The translations under genes and the position numbers were made by a program. The notes beneath the pieces are model-generated. The model did no database searches and was not told where the DNA came from. It saw nothing but the letters and a program-made list of their open reading frames with translations. Of a stretch of DNA of 64,000 nucleotides, positions 49,801-63,936 are shown piece after piece (position 1 is the stretch's first letter; every line of letters begins with the position of its first letter). Source of the DNA: Trichosphaerium sp. ATCC 40318 (taxonomy: Eukaryota; Protista; Tubulinea); contig JALMLS010000466.1 in NCBI GenBank assembly GCA_038496445.1, positions 496,001 to 560,000 of the forward strand, read 5' to 3'.

Positions 49801-52350
49801 GTTCGCTATCTGTAAACACATCACAACCCGAGAAGCAGAAGGTTCACAAAACAAGCCCAAAACTAGAAACTGCTAAGGACCAAGCGCCTAACGGTTTACC
49901 TAAATTAGAGAACCGAGGTGGTGCTATAAAGTTACCACCAATACCAAACGCCACAAAAGAGCAAGATGATGCTTTTGATCAAGTAATAGATGATATTATG
50001 AACGCAAGAGATAGCGTTGATATTAAGAATGATCATGGTCCTCTAGACGCAGAAGACTTTTCTTTTGGTGAACTTGAAGATGAATTAAACACCATCATGG
50101 TGAAGTCAACATCAAGCGTGAAGATTACACCAGACCCCAAAGGTTCAAGGACAAGTATAGATGATCCTCCTGCAGTCCAAGAAGTTGAAAAGACTCCACC
50201 AAGGCTAAGACTTGATACACTCGAAAACGACTTGGAGGAATACATGAGCGTTGTATCGGGTAACTCTGCCAGAGAATTTAAGGCTGACATTCAGAAAAAG
50301 CCGCCACTATCTAAGGACCAACGTTCGCGAGCGAGGAACGCTGCAGAGGAGCCATTCGTTGCTCCTCCCGCACCTCTATCCAAAGAAGAAGAAAATTCAT
50401 TTACTGAGCTTGAAAACGAGCTGGATGATATAATGACCACAGGCGGCTTGACGTTGTTGTCTCTAAAGAGTGAGGAAGAATCTTCCAAGACGACAAATAC
50501 GTCTACTGCAAGTGGTAGTACAGAAGACAAATCAACACAATCAAAATTACAACCAGCAGAATCTTCAAGCATCACTAGCGAGAGTACAATTAAACTACAG
50601 CCTTCAGGACAGAAAAAACACCCACAGAAGACTGCTAAAATGAACTATACGCCAAAGAAGCAGGGAAGAGGTCCTAAAGCCGTCAAGAAGGGATGGAATC
50701 CTAAAAGAGGCTTAAAGTTTCCTGGAGGGAAGAAGAAACATATGCCTAAGCGCAAGTCAGGACCAAAGAAATCTGGTGCTAAAGCATCACCTAAACCGAA
50801 ATCATTTCCATCTATCATGGCACGTCTCAAGAACTATGAGCAAAAGGTTGAACATCACTCTCAAAGCGCTGAAGCAGCAAAGCTAAAGACAAGGTAAACA
50901 AAACTATGTGAAGTCTAATTTCTTACCCTATTCTTTAGCGCAAGCAAGAAAGCTCTCAAGTCTTCTCGCAAGCATTACACTCCTCCTAAATCTACTACAG
51001 AAGATATTTCAAATAATCAAACGCCAAACATTGGTAATAAAACCAATGAGAAGCATGTACAGCAAAACAAGATTGTTTTGGAAAGAAGCGAACCTGAGGT
51101 AACAAACCTTCTTTCGTTTTTTTTTTGGTATTTATTCTCAACCTTTATCTTTAGATGACAGAAATCAACCGTAGCGAAGCTATGATTGCCGCTGATACAA
51201 TCCAAAAGGCTCGTGCTTTGCAGGTAGGATATCTTATCAGTTTTTAACGAATCTATAAAAATTCTTATTTCTTTCCAACAAGGACGAGGAAAACAACAAA
51301 AAACAACGTATCAACAAGAATAAATCACCTAAGGAAATACTACAAATAAATATTGGTGCAAGTACCCTTGCAAAGCAGTTTGAGAAGCGGGCTCAAGAAC
51401 GTACAGAGCCTGAGAAGAGAGCACCAAAGCGAACAAAGCAAGTCAAACCTTGGACGAAGCCAACAACTCCAGTTGAAACAGCTCCTACTCCTTCTCATGC
51501 TCCTGTCCCCTCCCCTGCTGTAGGACACCCCAAAAAAGTATCAAAGGATGAACAAGCTTCTACAGAGTCCGTTTTGAACGCTTTTGATGATATTATGGCA
51601 ATGGAGTTTGATCTTGATGCAGCATTAGCTTCTGATGTTAAAGAGGTACAGAAGGAGCCTGTAAACGAAGAAAAATCACAAGATTTTAATTGGGTTCAAC
51701 CTTCGACTACGCAGAGTACAAAACCTGTAAAAACCGTATCAAAGGACGCTAGCACGTCTCAAAAGTATACTCTAACCGAAGAAACCTTCAATATCGAGCA
51801 AAGACGGATAGAACGTAAACCAGAGCCTAAAGTCGTCAAGAAGCACATAGAATCATCTACAAGTATACACAAAAGCAGTAGATCACCACAAACAAAAGAA
51901 AAGAAGGAACCAGTTACTCAATCGTCTCTTGACGAATTTGATTCAATTATTTCTTCAATCCAGGATACAGCAGATGTCTTTAAGCCTAGTACTGTTGAAA
52001 CAAAAGAACTCAAGTTTGAGCCAAAGATTGAGCTTGAACCGGCTCCAGAACCCGAACCTGAACCTGAGGTTCCAGAAACTAATCCTGAGCCTTACGTGTC
52101 TGTTATTGATACCCTAAAGGAGCAAAAACGGAAACAAAAGGAAGAAGAAGCTGCGTACGTGTATGAGTATGAGGACTCAGATGAAGCAGAGGAAGTTCAA
52201 GTTGATGAAGATGCTTTTGAGTTCAAGCTTGATATGAACGATTTTGCTGATTTCGCTGAGCCTGAAGAAAGTGTAGATCAAAATGATGATATACAGAGCT
52301 TGTTGGCAACTTTACAAGCGCAGCAAAAAGATCTTGAATCTCAGTTTTAA
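46850..52350 (+). CDS. Large protein: RA/ubiquitin-like N-terminus, degenerate RhoGAP domain, long acidic disordered tail
   Basis: ILKVTFAGDSYKNFSISSTAT; YLMACGLHTPQLFEKP...VASALLVDYFTKRRNPII...LPISSRKIL...SNQMSPDKL; long exons at 49647-50897 and 51574-52350. Confidence 0.65.
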
Positions 52351-52573
52351 GTAAAATAATGAGAAATAAATTGTATTTTAAAATATATTGTGATTGTTGT
52401 GGTGTAGGTTTTACACCTGTTCCCAATTGTACCTTGCTTCATTTACAAACTATATCTATATTGCAGCATAATAAATAAAAGGGGTTGTGGAATAACTTTA
52501 TTTTACATCTATGTCTACAAATTGTTTTTGTTTTTCTTTCTTTTTCGGATGATTCATGGTCTCTTATCATGAA

Positions 52574-55500
52574 TCAAACATTAAGGAAACTATCAATTAA
52601 TCCATCAAGGTCATTACTTGGAGCACTATCAGCTTCTGGATCTGTTGCTCTATAAGTAGCATCATCAAGCATTTGATCCAAGAAACTCTCTTGTGCTTCT
52701 TGAGTATTATCATCTCGATTGCTTGCTCTACTTCCAAGAACAGCTTGTACTTCAGGTCCAGATCCTTGTTTTAAAAAATCTTCAAACTCATCCAAGTCAT
52801 CCATATATGAATTAAATGATTGACTTGGTGTATCTACTACAGCACCACAATATACTTTGTTTTTACTTGTTTGTTCATTCTCAAATTCTGCTATTGCTTT
52901 TTCTCTCTTATCCTTTCTCTTTAATATTTCTACTTGCATATCAAGACCGATACCTATTTGGAAGAAAAAAGTCAATGATACAAGAAGGAGTGAGTAAAAA
53001 AAAAGTGGGAAATAAATCCTTGGATTTTCTCGTTTACCTCTGATGTTCTCAGTTTTTTCTGATTTTTTGAGTTCCTCTTTGATTTGTTCGTTTTCTTTAG
53101 AGGCATTCTAGGATTATTTGATTAGATTATGATTTGTACAGATTGTATTTGCTGAATAGGAAACAACAACAAGGTTGGAAAAAAAAAGAACGTACACTTA
53201 TTTTAGTTAAAAATTGATGAATGCAACCAAAAAATGAGTCACTTTGTGTTATTGTTGGTTCTCCATAGTAGTCTAATACTTGATTATATTTATGCTCAAG
53301 GTTTTCTAAATCAGATAGAGCATCACTTAGAGCACTATAGGCGCTCTCGCGAAATTGCTAGGAGGGAGAAGTCAATAAAAGAACTTTGTTCATGAAAAAT
53401 AACTGTTTAACCATACTTTAACCCTGTGCTTTAACATGCTGTCCTGTCCCTCTAATGCACTTTTCATGTCTATTTTTTCGTCAAACGTATTTTTGATTGT
53501 TCCTAGGGCCTTTGCAATCTTAAAAATGTTCTCTGCAACCACACTTAGTAAAGAAAACAAGGAAGAAACAGAAACAATATAACGCCTTTTTTTGCACTTG
53601 ATATTTTTGTTTGGATTCTTGGATTGAAGGGACGTACCGCGTTCGGCTTTTTCGACGTTTGGTAAATCTTCTAGTAAAGTAAGGCATTCAGGACATCTAG
53701 TCCTTATTTCTTCTGCTATAAAATGAGCAAACCCAGTCTTTCCACCTTTTGCTTTCAAGTCGCAAATCTGTTGAAATACAAGTTAGCTATTATTCTACGT
53801 CTTTTGATTACCTTTGCAAGTGATGTCGTTAAACGGAACCCAAAGGCTTGACCACGCTTAGTATTACCGTTGAGGTAGTTACCAACACTCAGTACAAGTA
53901 ATAAAAGCTTTGCAAAGTTATTTGCTCCGTTACCATACATAATCTCATAACATCCACGGTGAAGAGTTTTTGTGCGCTGAAAAAAACCTGAATTAGTTTG
54001 CTTCTCTTTGGTACTATATGTACCTGTTTAACTGCATCTAGTTCAGCATCAAATGAACGCATAAAAGACCATATATTGAGTCTCTCCAAGAATTTTGGAA
54101 CACGCATACATACCTAGGAACATCAACTTAGTTCAAGAAGGATAGTTGAGAAGGACTTTTTTTATGTTACAAAAAAAACCAATGAAGTCATTTAGAACGT
54201 AGGTGCCCCTAGTGTTGTTTTTTAACGTACGTTTAATACATACTTCTCTGAAGGTCCAAATTTTGCTGAGCCAAAATCAAGGAATGGTTCAAGAGCTTGA
54301 CATTCAGTATCACTTGGTGCTGACTTGATAAGCATTTTTATATCAGCTTCATCTAATTTATCATCGTCCAAGTCAAGTATAGCTTGACGTAATGTGTTCA
54401 TGTCCATGTCAGGGAATCTATTCAATACTAACATGCGTATATCATTACTCCTTTTTAATGGGAGCTTAGCTGCAGCTTCTGCTCCTTTTCTAGGAGGAAG
54501 ACGAGGTTCCTAGTTCCATAAAGTAAGCAAAAAAAACCAAACAAACAAAAACCTAAATGTTCAACGAGGTGTCTCTTTTTGTCCTCCACAATAAATATTA
54601 TTAAGATCGCGATAATAGTTAATATGGTAGAGAGATGGGGAAACGATAATTAGAATGTGTCTGACCAATACGGCACATGCACGAAAAAAGGAGGAAATAA
54701 ATTATGTTTTTGTTAACTTACGCTTCCGTTGTTCGTTTTCTTTGCTCTCATCTTACTCCACGTGGTAGCATTGAATAATTTTTCTACCTTTGTTACATTT
54801 ACTTTGACTTTTCTATCATCTAATTTTGCCCATAGAGTTCCTTTAATCTTCTGAGGAGGTATCAAATCCCAGTTCAAATGCTTCATTTCATTTCGTGGGT
54901 ATATCTTTGGTTTCTCCTTTACAAACTGGCTACGTTGGTCAGGTGTAGGGGGTGCAGCCTATGAATGCATGTTAATAACAATAACTTAACAATTAAAGTA
55001 CCATTCTACCACCAATAGGTGCGTGTACTTCTAGTGATTCTTGTTCTAGCTTTTTTTAGCTTTTTGTTTGATTAGAAAAAAGCACATACCTTCATCGTAA
55101 GGTGTATAGAGTGCCTCTTTTTGTAACATAGAACGTCCCTCGCCACTAGTTCTATGGTGGCTTATTCTATTAGACGCAATAGCGTGTACTAATCCTGTAG
55201 TCTGCTTTGAGAATGCAGCTAAGCCATCTTCTACATTTGCACGTATCACTTAAAACAAAACATGAGAATTATTCATCAAACTACAAACGATATGTAAGCT
55301 GTAAACGTACTATCAATGTTGTTCGTTTTAGCTATAGTTGTTAAAAGACTACCAAATAAGTCTTTGACACAACGAGATAGTTCAGATGCAGGTACACGGT
55401 TAGATAGCATTCCCTTTAACATTTGTGCAACATCAATTATTTCGTTGTTACTAATGTCGTCATTGGGTCCTCCAGACTCTGGTCTGTCTATAATTTTGGC

Positions 55501-57443
55501 ATTAGTGCTTATTTGTGGCCATTGAATTCTATCTTACTTATATTGTTCTTTCTATCGCTTAATAATTGAAACACTTTCAGTTGTTTACGTAGCCCAGTAT
55601 TTTCAGTCTTTGACAATCCCTAAACATTTCGAAAAATAAGAAAAGTATGTACATCCTGGTTCATTTAATGTTCATTTCTATATAATACCTGTGCTATGCG
55701 TTTAATACCTAAGTGAACAAAATAAGCCATTTTTTAACAAGCCAAGATTATTAAAAAAGAAAGAACATACAGTGATGTCACTGTCATCTTACCTTTATCA
55801 AAACTTTTTGCAACAAAGCTCTTTTGTTCCAAACTGCTAAACCTCCTCGAGAAAAGAGTAACATTAAAACATGTCATTGTGGCTGTCTAAAGTAATATAT
55901 TAAGCGCTTGAAAGACGTAATGGAAAAAGAGTGAAATACTTTTTTTGTAAACTAAAACAAATAATTTGGCTCCAGTCTTTAGTCACATGTGTACCTGTAA
56001 GTCCTCGTTGTGTTTTAATAGTAAGTATCGTAGTAATTCATCTAATCTATCATCTAGTTCACCCAAAACTTGCCTGTAGTAATAAGCTAGTTAAAGAGTG
56101 GTTTTTGGGTTTTGTTGCTATTTTTTTGTAAATACTTACTTGAATAGTGCTTCGTTGATTACTGACAAAACAGCAAATGTCTTTAAAATGCAAGCTTTTG
56201 AATCAACGTCAACAATATCTAGAGCATTTCTAAAGTAATCCATAATTTGTTCTGTCTTTACGACTATTGTTAAACCAGCCTTGTATGAACAAAAATTAGT
56301 CAAGTGTAATGTACAAAAAAATTATAAAATACCTTCGTTCTCATCAATCCTTCTAAGCATTTAATGATCATACCGATAATCTTGCGTGCTTTCTCATTTA
56401 CAATACCACTCGTTCTATGCATAAACATTACAACGGGTACTACAACCATTAAGTGTACCTCTCTCGCTTTGTAAAACCCCACAAGGCCTCAATCAGCAGC
56501 CCAGCGCCACCAATAGCTTTTTAACTTGTAAGCCACGTGAAACATGTAAACGGGTCATGACGTACCTAGAAATTCTTGTGTCCATTGTTCAGATTCAGTT
56601 TTAAGATATATTGAAAGTTGACGAAGAACGCTCACTGTGTTGAAGTGTCAGAAAAGAATTTTATAAGGGGTTTGTTTTTTTCTTTCTCGAGAATTTTTAT
56701 CGTACCACCAAATCCTTTTTCACGAAGGTGCTTTTCATAGTATTGCGGTGGCTTCTGTCCTGAGTTTATTTTATGCATTTTGGCCTTTTGAATGCGGTTA
56801 ATAAGTCCATATTTGGAATCATTGAAAATCTGTAAAGTCCAAAAAAAAAGTTTTTCCAAGGTTTTTTTTGTGCAACAGTTTTTCTTTTTTCACTCTTCTT
56901 ACGTTGTGCTTGGCGCTTATTAAAACCCACTTCTTTGCAGGATCCCATTCTCTCATTGCCTTCTTTTGTAAAGGAGGAACAGCCATTTCGTCCTTTTTGA
57001 GAGAAATTAAAAAAACAATTAACGTTGATTGGTGTAATGTACCAATAATGCTTCAAACATATGATTCAGTTGCTCCACTGGAGGGTGTGCTACTTTTTTC
57101 TTCATTTGCAAAGCCTCAGCAACTGGTACAACCGTTGGAGCTTTTTTTCTTCTTCCCCTAAGCGCATTTCGTGGCGACAACGCGCTACCCTTCTTTGGTG
57201 GAGGTGCACCAACGCTTGCTACGATTTTTGTCAATACATTTACAATTAATTGATGTACGACCTGTCCTAAACGGCACAGCAGAGTTTGTGCTACCTACAA
57301 GCTCTACTTCAACTGGGCTAGATGCAGCGCGTTTATTTTTCTTTTTGAGCTTGTCTTTCCAATTACTATCAAATACTATCAACGCAAGCGTAGGCGCGAA
57401 TATTTCCGTACAGTTTGGACGTAGATTTGTTTAGAAATTCCAT
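52574..57443 (-). CDS. Formin (GBD/FH3 + FH2)
   Basis: PPVEQLNHMFEALL; MKHLNWDLIPPQKIKGTLW; LLLLVLSVGNYLNGNTKRGQAFGFRL; VLDYYGE. Confidence 0.88.
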
Positions 57444-57795
57444 TATTCAAGCGGTTCTAAAGGTACAACGTACACTAAGAAACAAACTAGCAGATATAGG
57501 CGTGATTGCTTAGTCGGGCGAAATCTGGTACATTCGTTGACTAAATTGCTATCGCAACAAACCGCTTTGGGCACAAATTAAAGAAGGCGCGGTTTTAAAC
57601 AGAGTGTTTAATTTGGAAAGCAGTGTACTGTACATTAGTTGGCTTTATTATTGTTTGAGCATTCATTTTTTAGACAACTAACAGAGTTGTAGCATTTCTA
57701 ACAGCTTTGCGCCAAATTTTTGACAATAACCGTTCATTGACACTTTAATGTAACACACAACACTCCATCACGCGTATAAAGCCTCTATTGGAAAC

Positions 57796-59663
57796 ATGAA
57801 GGCGCTAGGGCGTACACAACAAAGTAAAATATTCTCTCAATTAAAAAATAGACTAAAACTGATGTAGGCGCACATGTAAGTGCCCCTCCTGCTAAGTGCG
57901 ACAGTAACGCCCAACTAAAATTCACTAACACTTCAAGACGTAATACTCATGGATATTGGGACTGCAAATACAACCAACGCTCTTTAATGGAGCAGGTAGG
58001 TGAGATACTAAGAATAAAACAACTTGATGAATGGTATGACATTACTTTGGAGAATGTAAATGAACATGGAGCATTATCTATGATCTGGTACAAACCAACC
58101 TTTTCTGACAGGTTCAAGCTGACACATTTTACTTCAGGTCAAGATTTGGCGGTTCCTTGAGTGCTTGTTTAGCTGGGGTTTTCCCACACTTCAAATGGGA
58201 GCCACTACAATTCATGTAAGTCGAAATGAAGTGATAAGTTCCAGGATTAATCAAACACTGTAGTATTGCTCCAAAACGCTACTGGCTTAATCGTAGTAAT
58301 CAAATACAAGCGCTTGAGCGTATTGCAGAGGATATCGAGGTGAAACAACTTAGTGATTGGTATAACGTGGGTGTGGGTAGAATTGACGTTCAGAAATACC
58401 AAGCAAAGGGCATTCTGTACAAACCAAATGACGACTTTTTTTTCTTCTTTCTTTCTCAAAAAGCAAAACAAGTAAGGTTTACATTGACTAGGCGGGTTTT
58501 TGATCACTCAATAACGCAAAGCATCGTTGGTGTTTATTCTGATTATCCCTGGATTGAATGGAAATTCTTGTACGTTATAGTGTAAGATAGAAGCCAATCT
58601 AAGTCAAAAACAAAGAACTGCACCTGTTGCATATTGGCAAAGTAAGCAAAACAGAAGAGATGCAATGGATGTTATAGGAAAGGATCTAGGGTTATTTACA
58701 GTAGATGAATTTTGTAACTATAGTTGCAAAATTATTGATACTCATGGAGCTTCTGGGCTCTCGTACGTATTCTCAGAATGGAGTCAGCTATTTGTGCTCT
58801 TTTTTGGTATTTTTTGGACTCTCCGATTTATACTGGTTCTAGGCAATACTACAATCACTCGCTGTGGTCTTGTTTAGTAGATCTATATCCTGAATTTAAT
58901 TTTCGGCCGTGGGAGTTCAGGTACACTGTGTTTTTGTTGAATTTTTTGTTGACAGTTTCTTCTAAGAGTTCGCAAACGTTTTTGGACGACAGGAGCTAAT
59001 ATGAGGGACTACTTTGAAGAAATTGCGCGTAGAGTGAATGTGTATACATTAGATGATTGGCATAGATGTACCAGAAAAGAGTTAATTGCTTACCAATGCT
59101 TTATGTTTCACAAGTAAGACAAACGAAAAAAAAATACAACTTTGTAACTGTTTTTTTTTTGTTTAGTTTTAAAGGCTCTCTGTTTTCTGCGTTATCCTTG
59201 GCATATCCAAAACATAAATGGTTAAAATCAGAAATGAAATACGATGATCCAAGGAAGATAACGTTTTGGCGTTCAAAAACCAATCAAAGACAATTTCTTT
59301 TGGATGCACAAAAAACACTAAATTTAGAAAAAACAGAAAGTTGGTACGTATTGACTTGTGGGATACTTTCTTTATCAACTATTGAGTACTAACGTTGGAG
59401 AAATAGGTATAGAGTATCATATGACCAAATAAAAAAACTAGGTGGGTCACCATTGTATAAACATTGGCCTCAAGTAATATCTTTGGTTGATCCAAAATTT
59501 AACTGGAATTGGAAGAAATTTCTCGACACCAAAAGTTCAACACAACTGCACGTTCTTTTGCTCCTACTTTTTTACATCATGTCACATTAGACGCACGATT
59601 ATCTGACATACATATAGGACTGTTGTTAAACACATGCATACGCTATTATCTCCTCCAACATAG
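57796..59663 (+). CDS. Second Trp-rich ~68-aa repeat protein (five repeats, no nuclease domain seen)
   Basis: HGYWDCKYNQRSLMEQVGEILRIKQLDEWYDIT...SLSACLAGVFPHFKWEPLQF; PKRYWLNRSNQ..; PVAYWQSKQNR..; KRFWTTGANMR..; TFWRSKTNQRQFL; 3' end uncertain. Confidence 0.75.
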
Positions 59664-59734
59664 AAAAGGCATCAAGAATAAACTTAAAAGCCAGTTTTTG
59701 TAAATAACAAAAAATAAGTTTATAAATCGTCTAT

Positions 59735-61148
59735 TTAACAAATATCGTCTTCTGCGTCTTCGCCTCCACCAGATTCCTTATCAAGTTGTTGTTTGATTTT
59801 TAGTAATTGCGAGGTATACCATTGATCAAGTCTTGTAATAGAATCATAATCAAAAATAGCCTAAAAAAACAGTAAGAAATCAATAAATAAAAGCAAAGAG
59901 TACAACGACGTTTAAAAGACCCACTAACCTTTTGAAATGCCTCAACATCATAATTAGAACATGCTTCAATGAGTTCCTTTACAAATATTAGAAAACAGTT
60001 AAAACACGTGATTGTTAGAGAAATAGAGGCGATAGATAAAAATGAATTAACGTACAGCTAGGAACTTGCATTGACGAGTACCACTGAATTCCAACTGCAA
60101 ATCTTGGTATTTCTCAAGTGCTTTGCGTGCGCCTACAACATCGCGTACCAAATGACATACAGCAGCTTTCATGAAGTGGTCTTTAGCCTTATATTTACCA
60201 AGAGCAGAACCTTTGATAAAAATTAGAAGGACGAAATAAGCTAAAAGCCTGATATTAACAAGAAAGAACAAAAACGCGTACCTAGAGATTCTGTGGCTAC
60301 TTTTTCGTATATATTTATTGCTCTGTCGTAGTCTGGTATTAGAGTAGCAAGGTGAGCTACTTCTAATGCGCATTTATTCCCTTGAGCTGTAGAACCTTCA
60401 CCCTTTTCAAATAATGAGTTTTTTTGTTACATTTAAGCATTTATCAAAGCGCACCTCGAAAAAGTCTGCAGCTTGTTGTAATGCTTCAATAGCTTTTTCA
60501 TTCTCTTGTTCAGCCTGGTGTATCTCTCCTATATCTTTATACAGTTTTGCAGCCATAGAGAAGCGTCCATCGTCTTTTTAGTTGAAAAAAAAGTCTGTCA
60601 GTCCAAAACTAGGTGTCAACGTGTCATTTATCTTTCTCGTACCAATGTACATTGAAGCAGCAGCCGTCAAACATTTAACAGCATCTTGTGGTGCTGTTTT
60701 TCTATAACATTTAGCAGCGCTTGTGTACTGTAGATGTTAATGAAACGTTTTTGAGGTTTTTTCTTATTTACCTGGTTCGAAACATCAAATCTATTGTCCG
60801 GGGATGCTTTACTGCGATATTTAGTTAATACAAGTGGTACAAATGTAAATTACCTGTAGCATGTTGCAGCGCTTGAAAACGCATCACCAGCTTCATTCCC
60901 TAGAATATGGGTAAGCGTTGATGTGGTTTTATGTTGTTTAACTCAAACGGAATTTGTTTAAAATACATTAAATTCGTAAAATTATAATTCAACATACATT
61001 CTTTCGCGACTTTGAGTTGGTTGGCGGCTTTAACAAAAAGTTCAGCTGCTTCTTCCAGCTTTTGCCTTTTACCCCACCACGCTCTTTCGGCTGCAACACT
61101 CTTCTGTTCAGCGAGTTTAACCAGTTCTTTACCTTTGTTTGCTGCCAT
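59735..61148 (-). CDS. SEC17: Alpha-soluble NSF attachment protein (alpha-SNAP/Sec17)
   Basis: KLEEAAELFVKAANQLKVAKEWNEAGDAF, DGRFSMAAK, YDSITRLDQWYTSQLLKIK, C-term EDDIC. Confidence 0.93.
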
Positions 61149-61255
61149 TGTGGAGCAGTAATTTTAACTTAATCAAGACTAACGCTGACCACAGTATTCA
61201 TTGCTTGCCTAAGCTACAGAAATGCTGTAAAGCAATATACGCGTGACAAACCAAC

Positions 61256-63020
61256 ATGAAAGCGCCAATAAAGCATGTTGAACCACCAAAGTCAGTTCTA
61301 GATGTAATAGAGACTAAAGCTACGCCAGAAACGCTTACTTGGCTGGGCAGACGCCTAATGAAATCAGTACAACTTCTAAAATGATCCAAGACGCTTACAG
61401 TACCTAAGATACCAGAAGACGGCGTGAAATGGGCTTGTTTGTATGGTAGTAGGCACGTATAGTGTAAAACTACAGATTATGACATTAAACAGGGTACACG
61501 ACAAAACAGTCAATTGGTTGGATTCAGAGGCTCAATTAGACGTTATGATAGCCATAGACGACAACAAAGTACACTAGACGCTACCAGACGCTCCTAATTT
61601 CACTAGCTGTCACAATGGCATGCTGACAACCTACTTCTATCACCTTGGCACTACTCTGAATTCGCCAGAATAATCGGTTCAGGAATGGTCGATTATGTAC
61701 ACAAGAGACCCGCAGAGATGTATTACAACACTTACGTTACGCTCCAAGGTTCGTTTTAATACCACAAGGCCATAGTGACAAAAGGTCGTTAGGATTAAAG
61801 GATTCAAGATGTGCTTATAAGTATGGTACTATTGGTGTTGATGCTCTTGTTAAAGGTATAACCCAATGTTAAGACTATTTGATGTGAATTCATTTTTTGT
61901 AGATTTGGTCGAGTGGAAGTATCTTTACGCCGCTGGTAGATTCCACAAACCAGTGCGTTCATATAACAGAAAAGTTAAAACAAAAAATTCTATCCTCTAA
62001 GCATGATGTTTTCTCTTTCCTTATTTTTTCTTGTTTTCTTTCTACTCTATTGTACCCTTATCGACTTTCTTATAAACTATGTAAAGGTAGTACAACTTCT
62101 GGAGGATGATAGAATCACAGCTGCACAAGCGCAGAACTTGAAATCAGCTGTATCAACTGCTTTGCTACAACTTCCTGAAGAATTTTCTGAACAAGATTTA
62201 TACGAAACAATATGTGGTTTATCATATCTTGGTGATATTCGTAATAGAGTATCCGCAGAGAGTCCAACAAAAGTGATGGACTTGGTTAATAAAGGCGATA
62301 ATTTCGAGCTTATTAAAGGCCTATACAGTAACACAATACAACAACTTTCAAAAGAAAAATACATGTCAATAAAAAGTAAAGGACAAGGCAAAAACGTACC
62401 AGATGTCTTCATGGTACGATGACTTTTTCTTTAAACTCTTATCTCCTTCATAACTTGAATCTAAACTGTGCGTAGCAAGATCATTTGAATCATATTAAGC
62501 TCATGGGAACGCTTCCTATTAATCTAAAAAATATAATATTAAAACATAATGCAAAAAAAAAACAATCCGAAGCTGAAACATTTAAACGTATTGTACAAGC
62601 TAAAAAAACAAGAAAAGTAGTGAGACAAAGTGTGAGTATTATATAACTACTATATTTAAATACGTAATAACTTACTGACGTATTTACAGGTCGGAAAAAT
62701 TGTTTCAACATCAAGTAATGCAATGGTACGTACAACTTTTCTTATTTTTTTCACTTTTTCTTATAAATTGTTTACTAGGTACTTAACGGATTTCTTGCAT
62801 CTGGAGTTGGACGAAGTTTATTCTACGTAGCGTAAGATTATCTTCAAAGATATCAAGATTGTTTTAATCAAGTGGTAGGCGTAAATTCCGAAAAGGACTT
62901 AACGGTGAAAGCAGAGGACGTGATACACTTCTTAAAAGACCAAAAATGGCTGTTGATCAAGCTATGGCGAATAAAGAGCTCCCTCGATTGCCTCCTAAGC
63001 CAAGGAAAGTGAGACGCTAA
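61256..63020 (+). CDS. TAM41: Mitochondrial phosphatidate cytidylyltransferase TAM41
   Basis: LYGSRV, WHADNL..PWHYS, YYNTYV, KYGTI, DLVEWKYLYAAGRFHKPV, NLKSAVSTALLQLPEEF, ICGLSYLGDIR...AESPTKV. Confidence 0.92.
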
Positions 63021-63556
63021 AAAACCGCTTCCAACACCAGAAACCAACCAACAAAAACCCATGTACAACAAAATTTTAAATGACATGGCTGCAAGAGCTC
63101 GTGTCGAACCGCTGTACTCTTAACCTGAATAGTTGATTAAAATACGTGATGAAGGTAATTCAAGGCTCTTTCTACATAATTTAGTTTACTGGTTGGAAAT
63201 GTTTTGATTGAAAGATATGCGTGTAGTTTCATACCAGACTCGCACGTGGCTACTTCGAACAGATTTTACTAATAAACTTGCGACAAATATACTCTATCAC
63301 GCCGTCTCGACATGAGCCTGACCAAGAATGCGCTTGGAACAAAGGTTTACTTAAGTACACTTCAAGTGCCGCTAGCCAACAGTTTAAACTATGTGCTAAC
63401 CCTTAACCTTTAAAATGCGCTGATTGTGTATGACATGAAGCTCACAATACCGGATAAACGTTGAACACTACAACATTCCAATCGTTCACAACATCGACGC
63501 ACAGTTGTGAACTATGTGAGTCTTGTTTACCCCATACTCAATCGACTCAAAACGCA

Positions 63557-63936
63557 ATGCACCTCTTCGACTCACTTGCCATCGCCTGTCTACTTGTAAT
63601 GCTCATATGCCCTGCAGCTAGTACTGAAGAAGAGGAGGAGGCACAAACTTGTTCTGGAAAATGGTGTTCAAGATTGTTCACCAATGACACTGGAAAGACT
63701 TATTGTGGGGACAGGTGGGGTACGTGCCCTTCAAAACGTTTCATGAGCTACGCTTTGATATTAATTTGTTAGTTTCACTGTTGGTCTTACCTAAGTAGTA
63801 TGATAAAGTCTCAGGTTCAAAAAAATGTAAAAAGTGCATTAAACGTACTGCAGGTGGCAAGAAATGCAATCACCGAGATGGCCAAATGCACCAAAACCCC
63901 GTCGGCAACAGCATCACAAAATACGAGTGTAAATGA
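63557..63936 (+). CDS. Small secreted Cys-rich cationic peptide
   Basis: Signal peptide MHLFDSLAIACLLVMLICPAAS, acidic TEEEEE spacer, then CSGKWC...YCGDRW|GSKKCKKC...KKC...YECK (one intron, about 63720-63815). Confidence 0.6.
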
